From: Yuukianura sp. NJ FZ-2021
Taxonomy: Eukaryota
Assembly: GCA_046563655.1 (NCBI GenBank)
Contig: CM102285.1
Coordinates: 10,540,001-10,604,000 of the forward strand
Direction of reading: 5' to 3'
Length of the DNA stretch: 64,000 nt
Program-made: the position numbers and the translations under genes
Shown: positions 12,701 to 28,131 of the stretch, one piece after another
Numbering within the stretch: position 1 is the first letter of the stretch
How the letters are laid out: every line of letters begins with the position of its first letter
The notes under the pieces: model-generated
Told to the model about the DNA's origin: nothing
Database searches by the model: none
The model's input: the letters and a program-made list of their open reading frames with translations, nothing else

Positions 12701-15700
12701 GTAATAAAAAGTTAAGGTGAACTAAGCTAACAAAAGAAGATTTTAGACCAAAGAGGCAGAAAAAGTCGTAGGAAGGAGTGATACTGTTGCCCATAAAAGT
12801 CTGAGTCAGGACTTCATTTTATTCTTTGCAAGTGTGAAAATTCCGTTGAAGATTCAAGAAGGTGAGAAGATCCAGATCTTCTTCTGAGAATTTCAACACA
12901 GATGAGTAAGATGTGTTGATTTTCTATGCAAGTAGAGTGAAGATTGTTGGTGGTTATTGTTGTTATGTGGGCAAGTGATGACGCGATAGAACTCACATAT
13001 TTGACGTGACTACTCCATATTAAATTTACCATTGTTACACATTTCTTTCCTTGGATGCTGCTGAAGATGCTTGTTGGGCTGAGTGAAGATGACATGACAT
13101 AATGTTCATCTTCCAAAGGAGTTTTGTCATAGTTATCCTAATCATTCCAAATACCAAAGATCACAATCATCATCATCATTTTCTTCTTCCTACACACTTA
13201 GTAACTATCATCATTGAACAAAATTGAAGGTCTGTTGGCTCTAGGAAGCTACTGTATTCCTCATGATGATCCAGTTTACTTCAAAGCTTCATTCTTTTAT
13301 TGTTTCATTCAAGGCGGAAACCAACTCCCACTTAATCCCAACTTTTGATCAAATCTTTTGCTTGTTGAACTTCCTCTTTTCCTTAAGGAAACTATAAAGC
13401 CTAGCCCTCAGAGGCAACTAGAATTAGGAATGACATTGGGCTGTAATCACGCTAATCAATTATGGGAGTAGAGCAGTAATCTTCCTTGAGTCCATAAATA
13501 ATCACATAAATAATAACAATTATAATGATTAGCAATTTCAATTTAAAAATCTTCCTTTACAACTTCAAAGGTGTTTTGGCGAGATTTTAGCCTTGAAAAA
13601 GAGTTCGTAAAATGTCGTACTCATCAATCATTACAATTGTAATTTCAAAGTCAAAGATCATTTGAAAAGAATTTGAAAAAACGTTAGTTTTCAATTGCTA
13701 ATCCAAAAGATTTCAAAAGCCAATTTCAGTGCTGGTTCAAAATATACTGAAGAGAAAATTCACGAATTTCTGAATTTTAAGAATTTTGCAATTTATTCCA
13801 AGCGGACTTCCTCAACACATTTTTTTTTGAAAAATCGTTCAAATTCTTTGTTTTCTGGAAAAACTGAACGGAACAAGACTTTTTTAACCAATGTTAAATG
13901 GTCCGCATTGTCCCCAGGGAACTGGGTAAAGTTACAATTCAGGCATGAAATTACAAGTTTAATTTCGAGTGGCGTTAAAATCTTCAAAAAATTTGATTTT
14001 GCAAAAACTTAATTGTAACATTTTGGCATGAACTTACTTAATTTGATCTTAACTTGTATGTTTACTTGTGGAATTTTAATAAGAAACTGATTAAACTGAT
14101 GAACCTAAACTGAAATTGAGTAACGAGGAAGAGCCGTACTCAAGTCAAACGAGAATTTGGAAGCAATTACGCATCTGTTATTCGGACTTTGAGAAAAAAT
14201 CAAAGACTTGACACGGACTTGGGCCACCACACTTTAATTTACTTGTCATTTTCATCTTAACTGGTTCAAGTGGGGCGGCAAAGTTTCAAGAGTCAAAGAC
14301 ATTCAAATTGCGTGACACTTCGTCAATTCACGCGTCCCGGACAGTGTGAATCTCTTTGAGAAAAAAACAATGCCGCCGGATTGTGTTGAAATTTCAACCA
14401 TTTTCTTTACTTTTTAGTCCAGAACACCTCCAGAGGGGTTCGATTGGCAGTTTTTTGATGCTGTCTAAAACCCTGATTGAATTTTGCAACATGTTTTGAA
14501 ATCTCAAAGTGAATGACATGAAATGATTTAGGAATAATTATTAACAAGGACCCATCTTCTTCAATCATTCCAGTTTTTTAGTCTTAGTTTTGCCTAATCT
14601 AAGTTTCATGTTTTCTAGCACTCACTCACGATTGGCATCACATCCACTACAACTCCCATGTCTTTGATTTTTTCTAATAAATGCAACTGTAGCCGCATGC
14701 AAATAAGATCTGGGAAGTAAAAGTTAGTTGATGTCACGGAAGGTTCAAATCCTAAGAGATTCTCAAAGATTACTTTTTCCTGCTGCTCTTTTGCAAAAAT
14801 TTTGGAATTCCAAAGCGTCTTCTGCTTCACGAAAATCTCGAGTCGAGCTCAAGATTACACAAAAACTGGATTTGTTCAGTTTGAAAAAAAATTAAGCTCT
14901 GTGTTTGGTGTTATTTGATTCCAATTTTTTATGCTGTTTGAAGTCAAGCTTCGAATGTTGGATTGATATTAAATAGTTAAGTACACATTCCAAACTAATT
15001 ATTAATTGAATGCAATCGAAAAAGCTCTTTTGTTTTTTGAGATTGTGGCAAAACTAGTTCAGTACCTCAACAAAGCCCGAAAGATTAAAATTTGAGAAAT
15101 AGTGCAGGGAAAACAGTTTTTCAAAACGTAGGTTGTTAACTTTTACTTTTAAATAAAAGCTCCTTCTGCCACACCTTTCTGATCCAAATCGACAGTTTGA
15201 CTTATGTTAGTTTGAGACTAATTGAGTTTACTGTAGGTTAATTCTTTGTCTCCTTTGTTCTTACTCTGAATTTAAATCTGTTTCGACTTCTCATTGTTTT
15301 CTAAAGTTTGAAATGAGTTTGGGCGGATCGGGAGTCATAATTACGTCAGAAGGGGGATGAATGACTCAAATTATTTTTTTCAAAAGTGTTTTTTAGACTT
15401 ATTCTAAGCAACTGGAACAGATTTTAATGACGCCAAGCCTTTTGGATTTGGTTTCAAAAAAATAACAATAGGAAACTGCTCAACTCGGAAGATATCAGTT
15501 CAACCCACTTCTTTGCATTTGAATAAACTTTTGGTTTTTAAGTACTTTTGTGGAACAATCAATCTTAATTTTTTGTGTTCAAAAACAAGACCACCATCAA
15601 CGATCCAAACTAGTTAATCCCGTGAACAACTAGTTTTGATGAAAAAATTTCAAAAACTCTTTTGAAATTTCGAATTCCGTTGAGTTCTGATACTATCAGA

Positions 15701-18700
15701 GCTATTTGCTCAAGTTTGAAAATTTGAAAGCACAAAATTTGAATACGCTTTTGAATTTGTGACTGTATTGCATCAAGTATCTAAAGTTCATTGAACTTTG
15801 TAATTCCTGCTATGTAATGGTCCATCTTAAAATTTATCCCTGCACTATGAGGTGATGCTGAAGATGCTCAAAAGTGAGTCTGGGTGACAAAATAATTAAG
15901 GATCCAGTCCTATTTTGGTAAGGAATAACAAACGAGTATTTGCTCTAAACACAATTTTCTCACGGTTTGAAGCTTACACTTGAAAAGATACAAAAAACGA
16001 AATCAAAATCTCATTTCTGAAGAACAAAAATCAACATTTCAATTCTCAATTATGGCTGCTCCGATTTTCTATCACACCAAAGCAATTTCATAAACAAAAA
16101 GTGACCATAACCACAGAAAAGCTATTCAAATCATTTCAATTGATGTGAATAGGTTTGATTTTTTTACAGATCAACTCTTTGAATATTGAGATCAAGCGGT
16201 AATCAAAATATTTTGACAACAAAAGAATCGATTTGCGGCAACCCATTGTTGTAAACCGTGACATGTGTACTACCTTTGACTAGTTTGTTACCCTAATCAC
16301 ACAAAACTGTCAAAAACATAACCCCGTGTGCCTTACACGGCACAAGTTAGGAAGAGCCTTGCCTTTTTGCAACATTTTTTTGCAAAACTTGTCTTTTTTG
16401 CCAACAAAAAAACAAGTCAACATATTTTTTGTAACTCTAACGTCTATGACAAGGTGTTAATTCATTTTCTACATTTAATAATTCCAAGACCTTCTGACAT
16501 CAAACTGCCTAAACCAAAAACGCACCTTCAATTTTCTTTGTAAGCTTTGACGTTAAAAAGTAATTTGAGATTGTGGAAGAAACTTTTGTCCTAATAAATT
16601 TAGAGATTATGGGTGTGGTTTACCAGTTTTGAGAAAACGAGTCAAAAGAAGTGGATTTTGTCACATTTTCATAAAAGATTTCCTTCAAAATTTATTGATT
16701 CCACTTGGAATGTTTTCTTTTTTTGACAGAAGCAGTTATGAGTGAAATTGATCAGTTTCCAAAGTTGATGAATTCCCTTGTAACATAAGAACCAGAATTG
16801 TCGTTTGCCAAAAGGCGAAAGGCTGTTGCGGTATGAGCTTTGAAGTTTTGCAAATTCGCATTTTTTGTAAGATTGTTACTTGAGGGTGAGGTGGATGATT
16901 CTAATTAAGAGAAGACGCAGTGAAAATGAAGACGACTAATCTAGGCCTATCATCTCCACACTAAGAACCAATTCATTTCTTGTCATCAACGGCCTTGCAA
17001 CAAATTCAGATTGATTGATATTGTTGCTCCAAACTTTCATTTCAAAACTACATTCAACTTAACTGAAACATAACAATTAGGAGAGGGGAAGTCTACAACA
17101 AATTTCAACCAAAACAAAAATTTCGCAAACAGGAAAATCTCAAGTTTCGAAAAATAAAATAGACTGCATAAGCTATGATTGGTTCATCTTGGATCTTTAG
17201 CTTCTTTTTTTCTGATAATTTCGTTTTCTTTCTTTACGAACAGAAGGCTCCCCGCACCTTTAAAATTAAATCAAAGTCGTAATTTGTTCTTCCGAATCAA
17301 CTTAGGCGTGTCACCCAGTTGGACTTCTGTAAGATTTCATGTAGTCTATACCAAAGGAGAATAACATTTGAATTGAAAAGAGGCTTCACCTTTAAGTACT
17401 AGCTTTGGCTTGGCGCTCCTCCAGCTTCTAAATGCTAATCTGTTCCTAATTTCATTTATTTGTTTCTCATCTTTGATTCTTCGTGGTCAGTCCATTAATC
17501 ATGATCAATTGAAATAGTTGGAGTCCAATGGAAATCAAAGCAGGTTTAAGTTTTTTACTTCAATGGATTCTGTATGTTCACTTCGAAAGAGAAATTAGTT
17601 AACTTCCAGCAGGGATAAGCAACGACGAAGCTAACATCAGCTTTATAACTAATTCAAAGCAACACGCACAAAAACACACAAAAAGGACATTGGTCCGCAT
17701 TTTGATTTTTCAAAGAAATTGGTCCTCTGCCAACTTTTTGAAAAATTCGACTTTTTATGTCAAATTTTTGAGAATTTTGCCGCCACACAAGAGAAAAGTA
17801 GTCGTGAAATTAGGAGAAAGCAATGGAGAAAGTTGATTCAATTTCAATCCGATTTGGAATGAGGAGGAAGGTAGAAAGTTTAGTTGCGAAAAGGACAGCA
17901 ATTTTTATATACATAGCAAAAAAAAAAGGTCTAAGATCTGATTCCACAAAGAATTCAACTTTTTTTGTGTTTTGAGAAGACGGGTTTTGGATTTTCCGTG
18001 CCTGAAATTCAAGTGTACTTGAAGATGTTAAGTCCTTAGCAATTTAGTATAGGAGGGATGAAGACGAGCCTAGACCGAGTCTCTGCAATTGTGATTCCTG
18101 TCACTTCACTTTATCAAACTAGATTTTTCCGACAAACTAGATTTTGGACTTCGGTTGTCACTTAAAGTGAATTTGTCTCGTTTTCCAACGACTGCTTTAC
18201 ACTCGCCTTTGCTACAATTCCTGTTCATTAAACCCATCTTGAAACAAACCTCGGTCTTCAGCAGGATCTTCTTCTCCCTCGAGCACATCATTTGCACGTA
18301 TTCCTCTACAACTTCCCTTTTTTCATGCCTCTTGACATGAAACAAACAATAACGTTGGACATAGGTGACAACGACGTCAAAAAGACTTCAGTGACCAGTC
18401 GCACATTGTCCACTAATGAGCAAAATAAAGTTTACTTGATTTATCACCATGTTTTTCACGTCTCTTAAACCCTCGTCCAGACTCTTCACTCTTTTAATTC
18501 ATTTCCATTTTGCAATCAATTAGCACTTCCAAAACCTCAACTCGAATTTGAAATTTCTCGGCATTTTTACGACAATTTTAAATTCAAACAAAACATGTAC
18601 GCTTCTTCAAGCTAGTTGAAGCCAAGCAACTTTGTTCCCGCGCAACATAGCGTTGGTCTAACTTTGGTGAAAGTATTTTTGCAAACTGAATTCAACTGAA

Positions 18701-21700
18701 AAGTATTCTATCTGGCGTTAGAAAAGAAAGCTGAAATCTGAAAACTTGAAAACGGAGATGATGAGTTGTGATTAGGTGTTTGATGTTATAAAAAAGTAAT
18801 TAAGATCCCAAAGTGCAATCAACTGAAACTTGAGGAATTCATTGCTAATCCTTTTAATGCTCGTCGCTCTATCATCCGGAATGGCAGGATTACTTTTTTC
18901 AAAAAAAAAAGTTCGAAAAAAACTGAAATTGGACGACTTCGTGCACTCACTCTCTTCTTGCTATTTCGCATAAGTTAGGTTAGAATTGCCTTGTTTTAAA
19001 GGTGAAGAAATATTTCATACCAAGTTGTACTTGTATATTTATTGTATAGTTAAGGATAAGGCTCAAGGTAATTAGAAATTCTTCTCGAGGGGCAGTCAAA
19101 GTCCCTTTTGATCTTGGCAAAGAGACATCTCAACTCAAAAAGTAACGGATAATCGGATGCACTTCACTGAGAGATCAAATTGCAAAAACTTGTATTTCCT
19201 CGGTATTAACTTCATAAAAAAAGGAATGATAAAACTGTTTCAGTTTTTCCACCAGTTTATTCAGAATCTAACACTCAGATGTGAATTGAAGTGAGGAGAA
19301 AGCTTTAAAGAATAAGAGCGAAGCAACAGGTTGGTTGCATAGCCTTAATCTTGTAGAATTCTTGAATAAATCTTTCAAAAAGGAACCGACTCCCTTGTGT
19401 AAATCAAGCCTTTTTCATGTAACCCAAAACCAAATGTTAAGTAACATAAAAAATGGCGGCGGTGATCTTAACGTCTGAGATAACAAAATTCACTACTAAG
19501 CCTATGGTTCCAATGCTGGTTTCGTTACAAAGCACTTTTTCTTTGTTCCAAACTCTGTTTTGCAAGTAACGTTTTGTACATTAAGTTTTTTGGCAGTCAA
19601 AGTTCAAATCAGTTCATGTCATGTGTCATTCATAAATTATGAACAGGAAAGAATTATTGTTAAAGTAGCAACAGCGGTGCGGTTCATAATGCTGCGGTTT
19701 GGTTGCAACTTACTACACTGCTCATTTGTAAACCAAACATGAACTTATTTTCTACTTTTATGAGGTTAATTGTACAAAAACCAATTTACATTAGTTTGGT
19801 TTAAAGTAAACAAAAAAGTTGCAACTGCCATTCCGAACTGGTGCGGAAACTTGGAGCGGTTTTTGAAGAAAAAACTTGGAAAAGCAACGAAAGGAAAAAA
19901 AGTTACATTTTTCCATGTTTCTAGTGTGGCCTTAGGGGTTCCAGCAGATGAAGAAAAAAGTTAGTACAGGTCAAGAGGTTACGTTTAATTTATGGTTTAC
20001 AACAATTGTACTTTTTCTGCTCCTACTACAACACTAACAATTAAAATTAGTGTAAGAACAAGAGTTCCTACCTGGGTTAATTACAATTCCGCTGGATAAG
20101 ATCATGTTCCGTGCTCTATATTTAGTGAAAGTCCAATTCCAATTTATTACCCTAACCTTTCCCATTTACTTCATAGAGGTACGGTTTTAAGGGCTCCCCC
20201 ATCTAGATCGTTGTAATTTACGTCCCTTTTCAAAAAAGCCCTTAAAAATTTTCTTTTACCATTTCAACGAAGCTTAGTAATTAAAGTCTCACCACAAGTC
20301 CAAATAGTCGTAAAAGTTTTTAGAATGTTTCAAGAAGATTCGTGTAAGGAGGGCTCGTACACAAAACTAATTTCGCACCTTTGCAAAAATCTTCGTCCAG
20401 GGAGATCTAGTTAGAAAACGGGGTAATAAAAGTCGCATCTTTTGAACAGAAATGTGTGTGGTTCTTTCAAAGTTGAAATTGAAAATTGAACAAAACATGG
20501 GAACTGTTTTCTATTTGGAATTTTTTTGTGTTCAAAACAAAAATCGCCCTGGTGGAGGGGTTGAACCAAAAGCACCCTCAGTCTTTTTGAATTCAGTTCA
20601 GATTTATTACAATTTACAATTTGTAGTATTAGATTTTTTTAAAAGAAAATCATAAAAACGAAATTACGAGCGTGGTTTTTATAACAAGGAACAGTGTGAG
20701 AAAGTAGGAGTAGAGAAATGCGTGAGGTAGGACTGGGCTAAAGAGTAACAGAGGAGGAGTTTGTTAAAGATTCGAAAGATTTTTATGAGTGAGAAACTTA
20801 ATAATGCTTTTCTTTTCAAAAGTGGATCATAGGCCGCCAAAAATCGTTTTAATGGTAAGTAAAGTACTACAAGAGGTTCTGGAAGTTCATAAAACATGCG
20901 GAGCCTACCTGTGCTTTTGTTATTGTTAGGTAATTGTTTGGAGTGTAATTTTAAGAGGTTAGTCAATTTGCCAATTGGGAATTGGAGGCAGGGAGGATGC
21001 AAATTCCTGTACGCAGAGAATCCACCGTGTCAACATTTAATAGACAAACAACATCCGCCCTTAAATCATCACAATTTTATTTGGAGCTTCACCTGCTTCC
21101 CTCATAAAATCTTGACTTGACACAACCATGCTGTGAATCCAACTGTGCAAAAATCTATGCTGCTTAATTGTGTAGTTCAAGGAGTCAAAAAAGTGCAGAA
21201 AAGAAATTTCGAAATTTGTTAATTGAAATTGAAATCTGTTCAAAAGCAGTGTCGGGAGCTTATCCACAAAGACAAGGAAACTTCCACATGAACCTTCGAA
21301 TTTGTTGAAACACACAACAATATATTTCAAAACAAGCTTTTCTCTGGTGCGAATGTGAGAAATTCGCTGTTTAAAAAGCGAAAAGTTGAATTCGACAAAT
21401 TCGTCCAATTCAACTCCACTTTTGACAAAAGTGATTTTTGGAGAGTTTTGATCTTTTTAAACTTAACCGGATTTCTAGTGTTATTCCAAACAAAGAACCT
21501 TGAACTCAAAATACTGGTTTGTTTTAGATCTTCTGCATTCTTGTTAGCGTGAATGCTGATTCAAAGGTAAATGGTTAGCTAAGAGGATTCTTCAAAAATA
21601 GAAACCCGATTAAGTCCAAACACTTGACTCTCAAGATGTTTTCTTATCGAAAACAAAAACAATTGAATTTTGTGGGTTCATATGTTGAGATCATAAAAAA

Positions 21701-22839
21701 TCATAATACTACCATTGCTTTTGAACACATAAAAAAAATTTAGCCAATTCGAAAAGTTTTTGAACGTGTCGTGATTATTCCTATCGTTCTTTGTGTTTTT
21801 CTAGAATTTGCCATTGTTCAAAACAATTACAAATCATGATCAACTCTCTTTCAGGATCGTGAGTTGCTCACGATCCACCTTGGTTTAAAGAGTTAGTTTA
21901 ATTGTTCATTATAATTATTCAAAATTTGGTAGTGACTTAGTTGACCTTTCACTTGGAAAAGTAATCATAAACGTGCTAATTGTTACTTTAGGTTATAATG
22001 TGATTCGCTCGCTAAAAACCGACCGAGCAGCCATTTTTCCACTCTATTGTTTTCTAGTTTTCTGAATTTGCAAAATTATTCTATTCTATGTATAAAGCCA
22101 AACTTTATGACTTGAGTGTTGGTTTTAAAACAATTAAAATTCCCAATTCCCACCCACAAACTCAAAAGAGAACCCGTGATTGTATGTTAACTAATTTTTT
22201 TCACTTTCCATTAATGATGTATCATTTTCTTTACATTTCCTTTGTCTTTTTAAAACTAGTTTTGAGCATACTAACTTTTAACACTACACAAATCAAGCGC
22301 CACTACGTTCCTCGAACCAATTTTTTTTTTGAAGATTGGACCAATACATGCCAATTGGTTTTTGGGAAATGATGAAATTCCAAATGATTCTACACTGAGA
22401 ATGCGAAGAAACCATTTGATTAAACTCCTTTCAACAGTTTTTCCAGTTCTAACTGTTGTGTAGTACTTTTCAACCTGCTTTGGCATGCAACATTTTGCGA
22501 ATAATTATGGCAATTTGCAATGTTGGAAATTAGTCTACTGGCATAAGTAGAACTTGGCATGTTAGGAGTTCACGCAATGCTGCCAAGAAACAGATCTGCG
22601 TATAAATTTATAACGCATGGGAGCCGTAAATTTGAAAAAAGTAACAGAAAACGTAATTAGTAGTTCACATGTTTGAGAAAACTTCACACGCTGAAACGTT
22701 TAATTTGATGGCGGAAAATGTTGCCTCAGACGTTTTCGAATTAACATCTTAAGTATAGTAGCAACCTTGTTGAAAATTTTATGTCAAGAACTTCCGCGGC
22801 GGAGCGTTTCAAAATTTGCTGTTTTACGGTATTTGGCCC

Positions 22840-22908
22840 AATTACTTTTGAATTACTATTCGGAATCGGTTTGAATTACTTTTCGAAATAACTTTGAATT
22901 ACTTTTTT
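22840..22908. repeat. Short degenerate tandem repeat of about 22 bp
   Basis: TTTGAATTACT recurs three times at roughly 22-bp spacing, preceded by a partial copy. Confidence 0.6.
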
Positions 22909-25900
22909 TTGTTGAAAAGCCGATTTTCTGAAACGATCCATACGGTAACCCTTTATAATGTCAATCACTTTTCGTCTATTTTCACCTGCAATTAGGTACT
23001 CCCATTCCCATAGGTTGGACATGGCTTACGAAAAGGCTCTTCCGAAATAATTTCAAGTTCGAGTAATTTAAAATTTGAAAAAGTGGGTAACAATTTGAAA
23101 AAAAAATTGAAACACTGCCCTTGTCTAATTTTGAACAAGCGAATTGCGGATCCTCTTACAGTTTTTTTGAGTTGTAAACTACTAAAATTTTTCGGATCCT
23201 GCAATTATCCAACCTTTTTTTAAACTTTGAGAAACTTTTCCGCTTACTTCACTTTTCTTTCCTGCTTCCCACTTAATTTCACCCTTGGAGTCACTCTAAC
23301 AGTTACCTTACCTTTCTAAACACTTAATCATAATAATATTGATTTGAAAACCACAAATTTCAACCTCTGTAAATTTCAGTACGGTTCAATTTTGTCAATT
23401 AATAGTATATATTTAGCAGTGAAGAAAATTATATGAGTTAAGAAAGGAGGCTGAGGCAGGGAGACCTTGGTGGTGGAAGAGCCACTTTTTAGAACAAAAA
23501 AAAGTAGCATCTTCAGAAGCATCTTCTTTTTTTTTTCTTACCTAATTTACACCAACTAACTTTAATTAATTCTTATAACTTTTCCACACCTGAACTGTAT
23601 GAGATCATTCCAATTTTTTTTCAAAGTATAAACCAGTCAGAAGCGAACTCGCGCCAAGCGTTAGCCCAAACAGTTCAAGGCTAACCGACTGTTGTCTGAT
23701 CTGAAAAATTTTATTGAATCAAACGCGTATAAGGATTTTTTGAAAACGCACAATTTTTTGTAGCTTTTTTGCTAAAAGTTCCTTAAGATGGCTGAAGTTC
23801 CACGTATACGTTTGCTGGCATATGGCAAATGAAAAATGATTTTGATTGGTGCTGCTTGAATCTGTTCAAAGTGAAATTTGAAGACAATTTCTGCAATAAA
23901 GCGTGTCAATCCTTTACAATTACACAGTAGAATTCAGTGGGAAAATTTTTGAGTGAAAAGGATTTGTAGTGCGTCTTGGAAAAGCTTTTGGTTCCATTAT
24001 GGGAATTTTGACTTCCAAGACTTCAAGTGTTAATTAGAATGAATTGAAGAGGCTTCTTCAAAAAGTGAACCAGGGAAAACCAAAGAGATCTCTTCAAAAT
24101 TTTCCAAAGTCAAAAGTACTCCACTTTTCTTTTTTTCGTGAGAGATGAGGATTTTGAAAAAGGTGAAGGAGTCAGAATGGGATGAGGGGAACTTACTTTG
24201 TGTTGAACACTTTGACCCTGTGGGAATTGTATTTCAAGAATTCCGAACGAGATGCCTCAAGGGCCTCGTTACATACCCTTCAAATCTGTATTAAGAATTT
24301 TAAAAATGAATTCAAAACCTATTTGCTTCGTAGTGTAGCTTAACCCAACCTTAGCAATCGAGAATCAAACACCAAACACAAAAGTGAAAGCAAAACGTCA
24401 AAAATTTCTCCAGGTACTGAATTAAATTCTTTCGCAGAGCAATAAATTCCATAAAAAACTATAATACCGAAACCGAAAAGGGAGAACCTGAGGAGTAGCA
24501 CAAACTTAACATGTAAAATTTCGTAAATTTTGAAGCGCGTCAAGTCGTATATTGCTAACACACTATAGCACCGTGCTGTTTCTTCACTTTCTCCTCCATT
24601 GAGTTTGTAAAGTTAATTAAAAGTAGGGTTTTTGAAGCAGTTTTCTTTTATCTTCGTAACCTATGTTGATATTTTCAAAATATCCGTAAGGGGAATGAAA
24701 TTTTGAAAAAATCTTTTTGTGTAACTTGAAAAAATAAGAACAAGTTGATAAATGCTTCCGAGACACTTTCTCCCCCTGTCCTTCACATTAGTCTTATCCC
24801 TCCGCCTGTCTTGTCCTGTCCTTAAGTCCTCTTATTCACCTCCCAAAAGATCTGGGGCCCTTTATTTTTTGCAATATTTATTCTACCCTCTTCTCCATCT
24901 TTTGTCCGTGATGACATTTTTCCTTTGCTTCTTTTCAAGTGGGTGACGTCGAATTTATCAAAAAACTAAAGGCATCTCAAGTACCCTCCGTCCTCAGATC
25001 CAAGCAAAGAAACAACACCAAAGGCACCACTCATCCCTCAGCCTAGGACTGGCCTGAATTCATTTTTCTATTCCAATTCCAATTCAGAACTGCTACCTCC
25101 ACGCAGGAGTGTCACAACATCAAAATCACACACGACGCTTCTTAAAAAGTTCAGTTTAGTTAATTCAATGACTCAGAATTGACAATGCGAAGGATCTTTG
25201 GAGTTCAATTGAAGACTTGTCAATTCAGACCGAATTCTGAAGGGATCCGAAATTCGGGTTTCTTTCTTCCTTCAACGGATCTCAAAGTGTCCTTCATTTA
25301 TTCCTGTCCAAAAATTATTTCCATTTAAAGAACTGCAGCTAAGGGCTCATCCCTCTTGTCCCGTGTGGCCCTTAAGGGCCCGCTTCTGCTCTGCTTCAAC
25401 TGATACGGATACACTGTTGTCTATTCAGTTTATAAAGAGATGACGGTTTTCAAAACTCTGTGATGTAAGGGCTCATCCTAGTTTGAAAAAGCGATTTTGA
25501 AAAACCGAATCGAAACGAAAGTAGAAATGAATTTACAATGGTTCGCATATTTTCATTTTGAAAAAAGAAATGAAAAAATGGAGAGGTTGTGTTGCTATCA
25601 ATTTTTGAAGTGAGTGCAAAACTGTCTTTCCCAAGTACCTTGAACTAATGATAGTCACTGAATTACAAATAAGGTTCAATTGTACTACATTGACTCAAGA
25701 GGATGGTCCTTCATTTGACTAAGAATAAAACCAACCTAGGGTTACATAATTTGTCAATTAATCTCATCCTTGCCTTAATCGACTTCAGTAATAAGAAGAG
25801 AACAGAAAAAGTTTACCCACAAGAGGACAAAGTCTATGAATAACTTTTTGTTGAGTTTAATTAAGCTGATTCTTTGAAAATTTTTGTAAAATGCAAATGC

Positions 25901-28097
25901 ATCCTTCAAAATTTATCACAGTTGGTCCATCTAAAAACCGAATTCGGTTTTGAATTAACGGACAAACCGTTCCCACCGATTTCCACAAAGCCCGAAACAA
26001 GCTTGTTTCCATGTTTCTATTTTGTGGAAATTGAATGTGACATGACATAAAATTTTGAGAAGAGATAAAATCGGTGAGAAGAAAATGTTTAAATGGATTT
26101 CCAAAACCGTTTTGCTTTTGCTCCAGTAGATTTTATGATTTCAATTATGCTTTTACATGAGATTTTATGATCGTAAAGATTTGGTCCAGCGCAGCATCCA
26201 AAAACCTTCCAAACATCGTGTCATATCTTCCGGATCTTTCCACGTAGGGATTTTTCAAAAAAGACAACAACAATGAATTTTCACTTTTTCAAAAAAAGTA
26301 ACACAGTCAAGCATGACCTATCATAACTTTAGTCATTCCAAGTTATGTATAGAGTATACCAGCACATAACGAAGCGACAAACTGAAGCAACGTTCAAATC
26401 GGAAAATCTACAGAAAATGTTGTGCTTTGTCAATGGTTCACAATCACAAAGTTAAAAATTCATCTCCGAAAAGTTCCAAAATCTTGACCATTTTTTTTCA
26501 ATTGTATCTTAATTGAAAATCAGAATAGTTGACGAATCCTTAAAAAATTAAGCTACCGAAAATATATGCGTCGCATGGAAAGTGAAGTGCGGAATGAAGG
26601 TAATGTTTTTTAATGCTTAATTTTCGCACACTTTTGCGAAGCTGGCTAGGTTGACAATGAGATAAAAATCGTTAAATTTAAGTCAAGTGCTTAAATCTTA
26701 AAATGACAATCATGCAAACTAGCAAGTCTTTTTTAACTAAACAATGAAACCTTGCTAAAGTTGTTAATAATTAGAGTTACGTGTCTCACTTCAAGATCAA
26801 AACTAAAATTAAACTTAAGCTGTCCATCAAAAGCAGGAGCTTGAACAAACATATACGATAGTAGATGGAAAAATGAAATTAGGAAATTAAGTTAAGGTTA
26901 AGAGTTGCATAAAGGACGCATGTTTTGTTTTGCACGGTATTGTTCATGGTTCCGTCCTAAAAATTTGCAGATTGCAAGGGCCGATAAGGGCACTTGGCAA
27001 TTACTTAACAGAAAAGTGAAAAAAAGAGACACTTACTATTTCATTCTAACTTTGGAATTGACCATGAACTCCTTTTCTAAGCAAGTGAGACATTACATTA
27101 GTTTTTGTCAGTTTACAAATCCCAGGCTCACCCTCTTAAACCATCATAACTTAAAGTCAGATTAATCAGATTAATGGTTGGCAGAGCGGATAAATACGCC
27201 TAATTGTAACAAAAAATAAGGAGGGAGTAACTATTTTGTAAAGATTCAACTAAAGTTGGACTAAGGTAGTTGGACGTAAGGTGTTGGAACCATTAGTAAC
27301 CTAACAAAAGTCATTCTTCTAGGATCCTTTATCGGAAGCCGATCTTCAGGTCGGCTTTTTTTCTTCGTTTTTGTATTGTTGTTACAGTTTCAAAGATCTT
27401 TTCTTGTTGGCTAAGCCTTAAAAGATTGGAGAGATCCCTTAAAATGAGAACAACAGTTGAAAAAAAAATGCAGTCGTCATCTTGTCATAATTCGTCACTA
27501 GAAAACAAAATGTTTCTGAAAACTCATCTTCTCCCATGTCAAATAAAATGGAGTGAGGCGGGGATGAAGACGGAAGGGATCAGGCTCAGGCAGAAAACGG
27601 ATCAAATACTTTGGCATTACTTTTCAAAAGAAAAAACAACAAATTCTTTTCTGAAGATGAAACATTTTTCCTGAAAATCTCTGAGTTAATGTAATTCTAA
27701 TGATAATTTCAACGTCAACGATTATCTCATCAAAAGCTCAAAAAATCTGGCTTCAAGCCAAACCCGACGAAAAATCTACCGTCACTTTGGCATTCGGCAG
27801 AAGAGTACTAAACTATAAGTTGGCTGTCAAAAATTTTCCTTCAAGTTCAAAAAACTGTAACAAATGAAACGAGTAACCTTCAAAGCGTCGCGCGTCGTGT
27901 TTCAAACCTTGATTGAAAAGTGTGTACCTATCCATAACCTAACCTAAAATATTCTCGAATGTTGAATTTTGAAATTCCTGAAACTATTTTGAAACTTTGT
28001 GACCTCCTGGACCGTTTAGGTCATTAGGTCATTGATTCCAGGTGAAGAAATGGAAGGTGACAATAAATCAAAGTATGGAGACAAGGGAGACCGTATT

Positions 28098-28131
28098 TGA
28101 TCTTGATCTTTGACAAAGGGGATCAAGATCA
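28098..28131. repeat. Inverted repeat, 11-bp perfect arms, 12-nt spacer
   Basis: TGATCTTGATC ... GATCAAGATCA. Confidence 0.8.

Noticed and set aside
3898..20911. Scattered Zelda-like CAGGTAG, Tailless-like AAGTCA and Su(H)-like sites
   Set aside because: Short words, dispersed, and not clearly above chance by eye.
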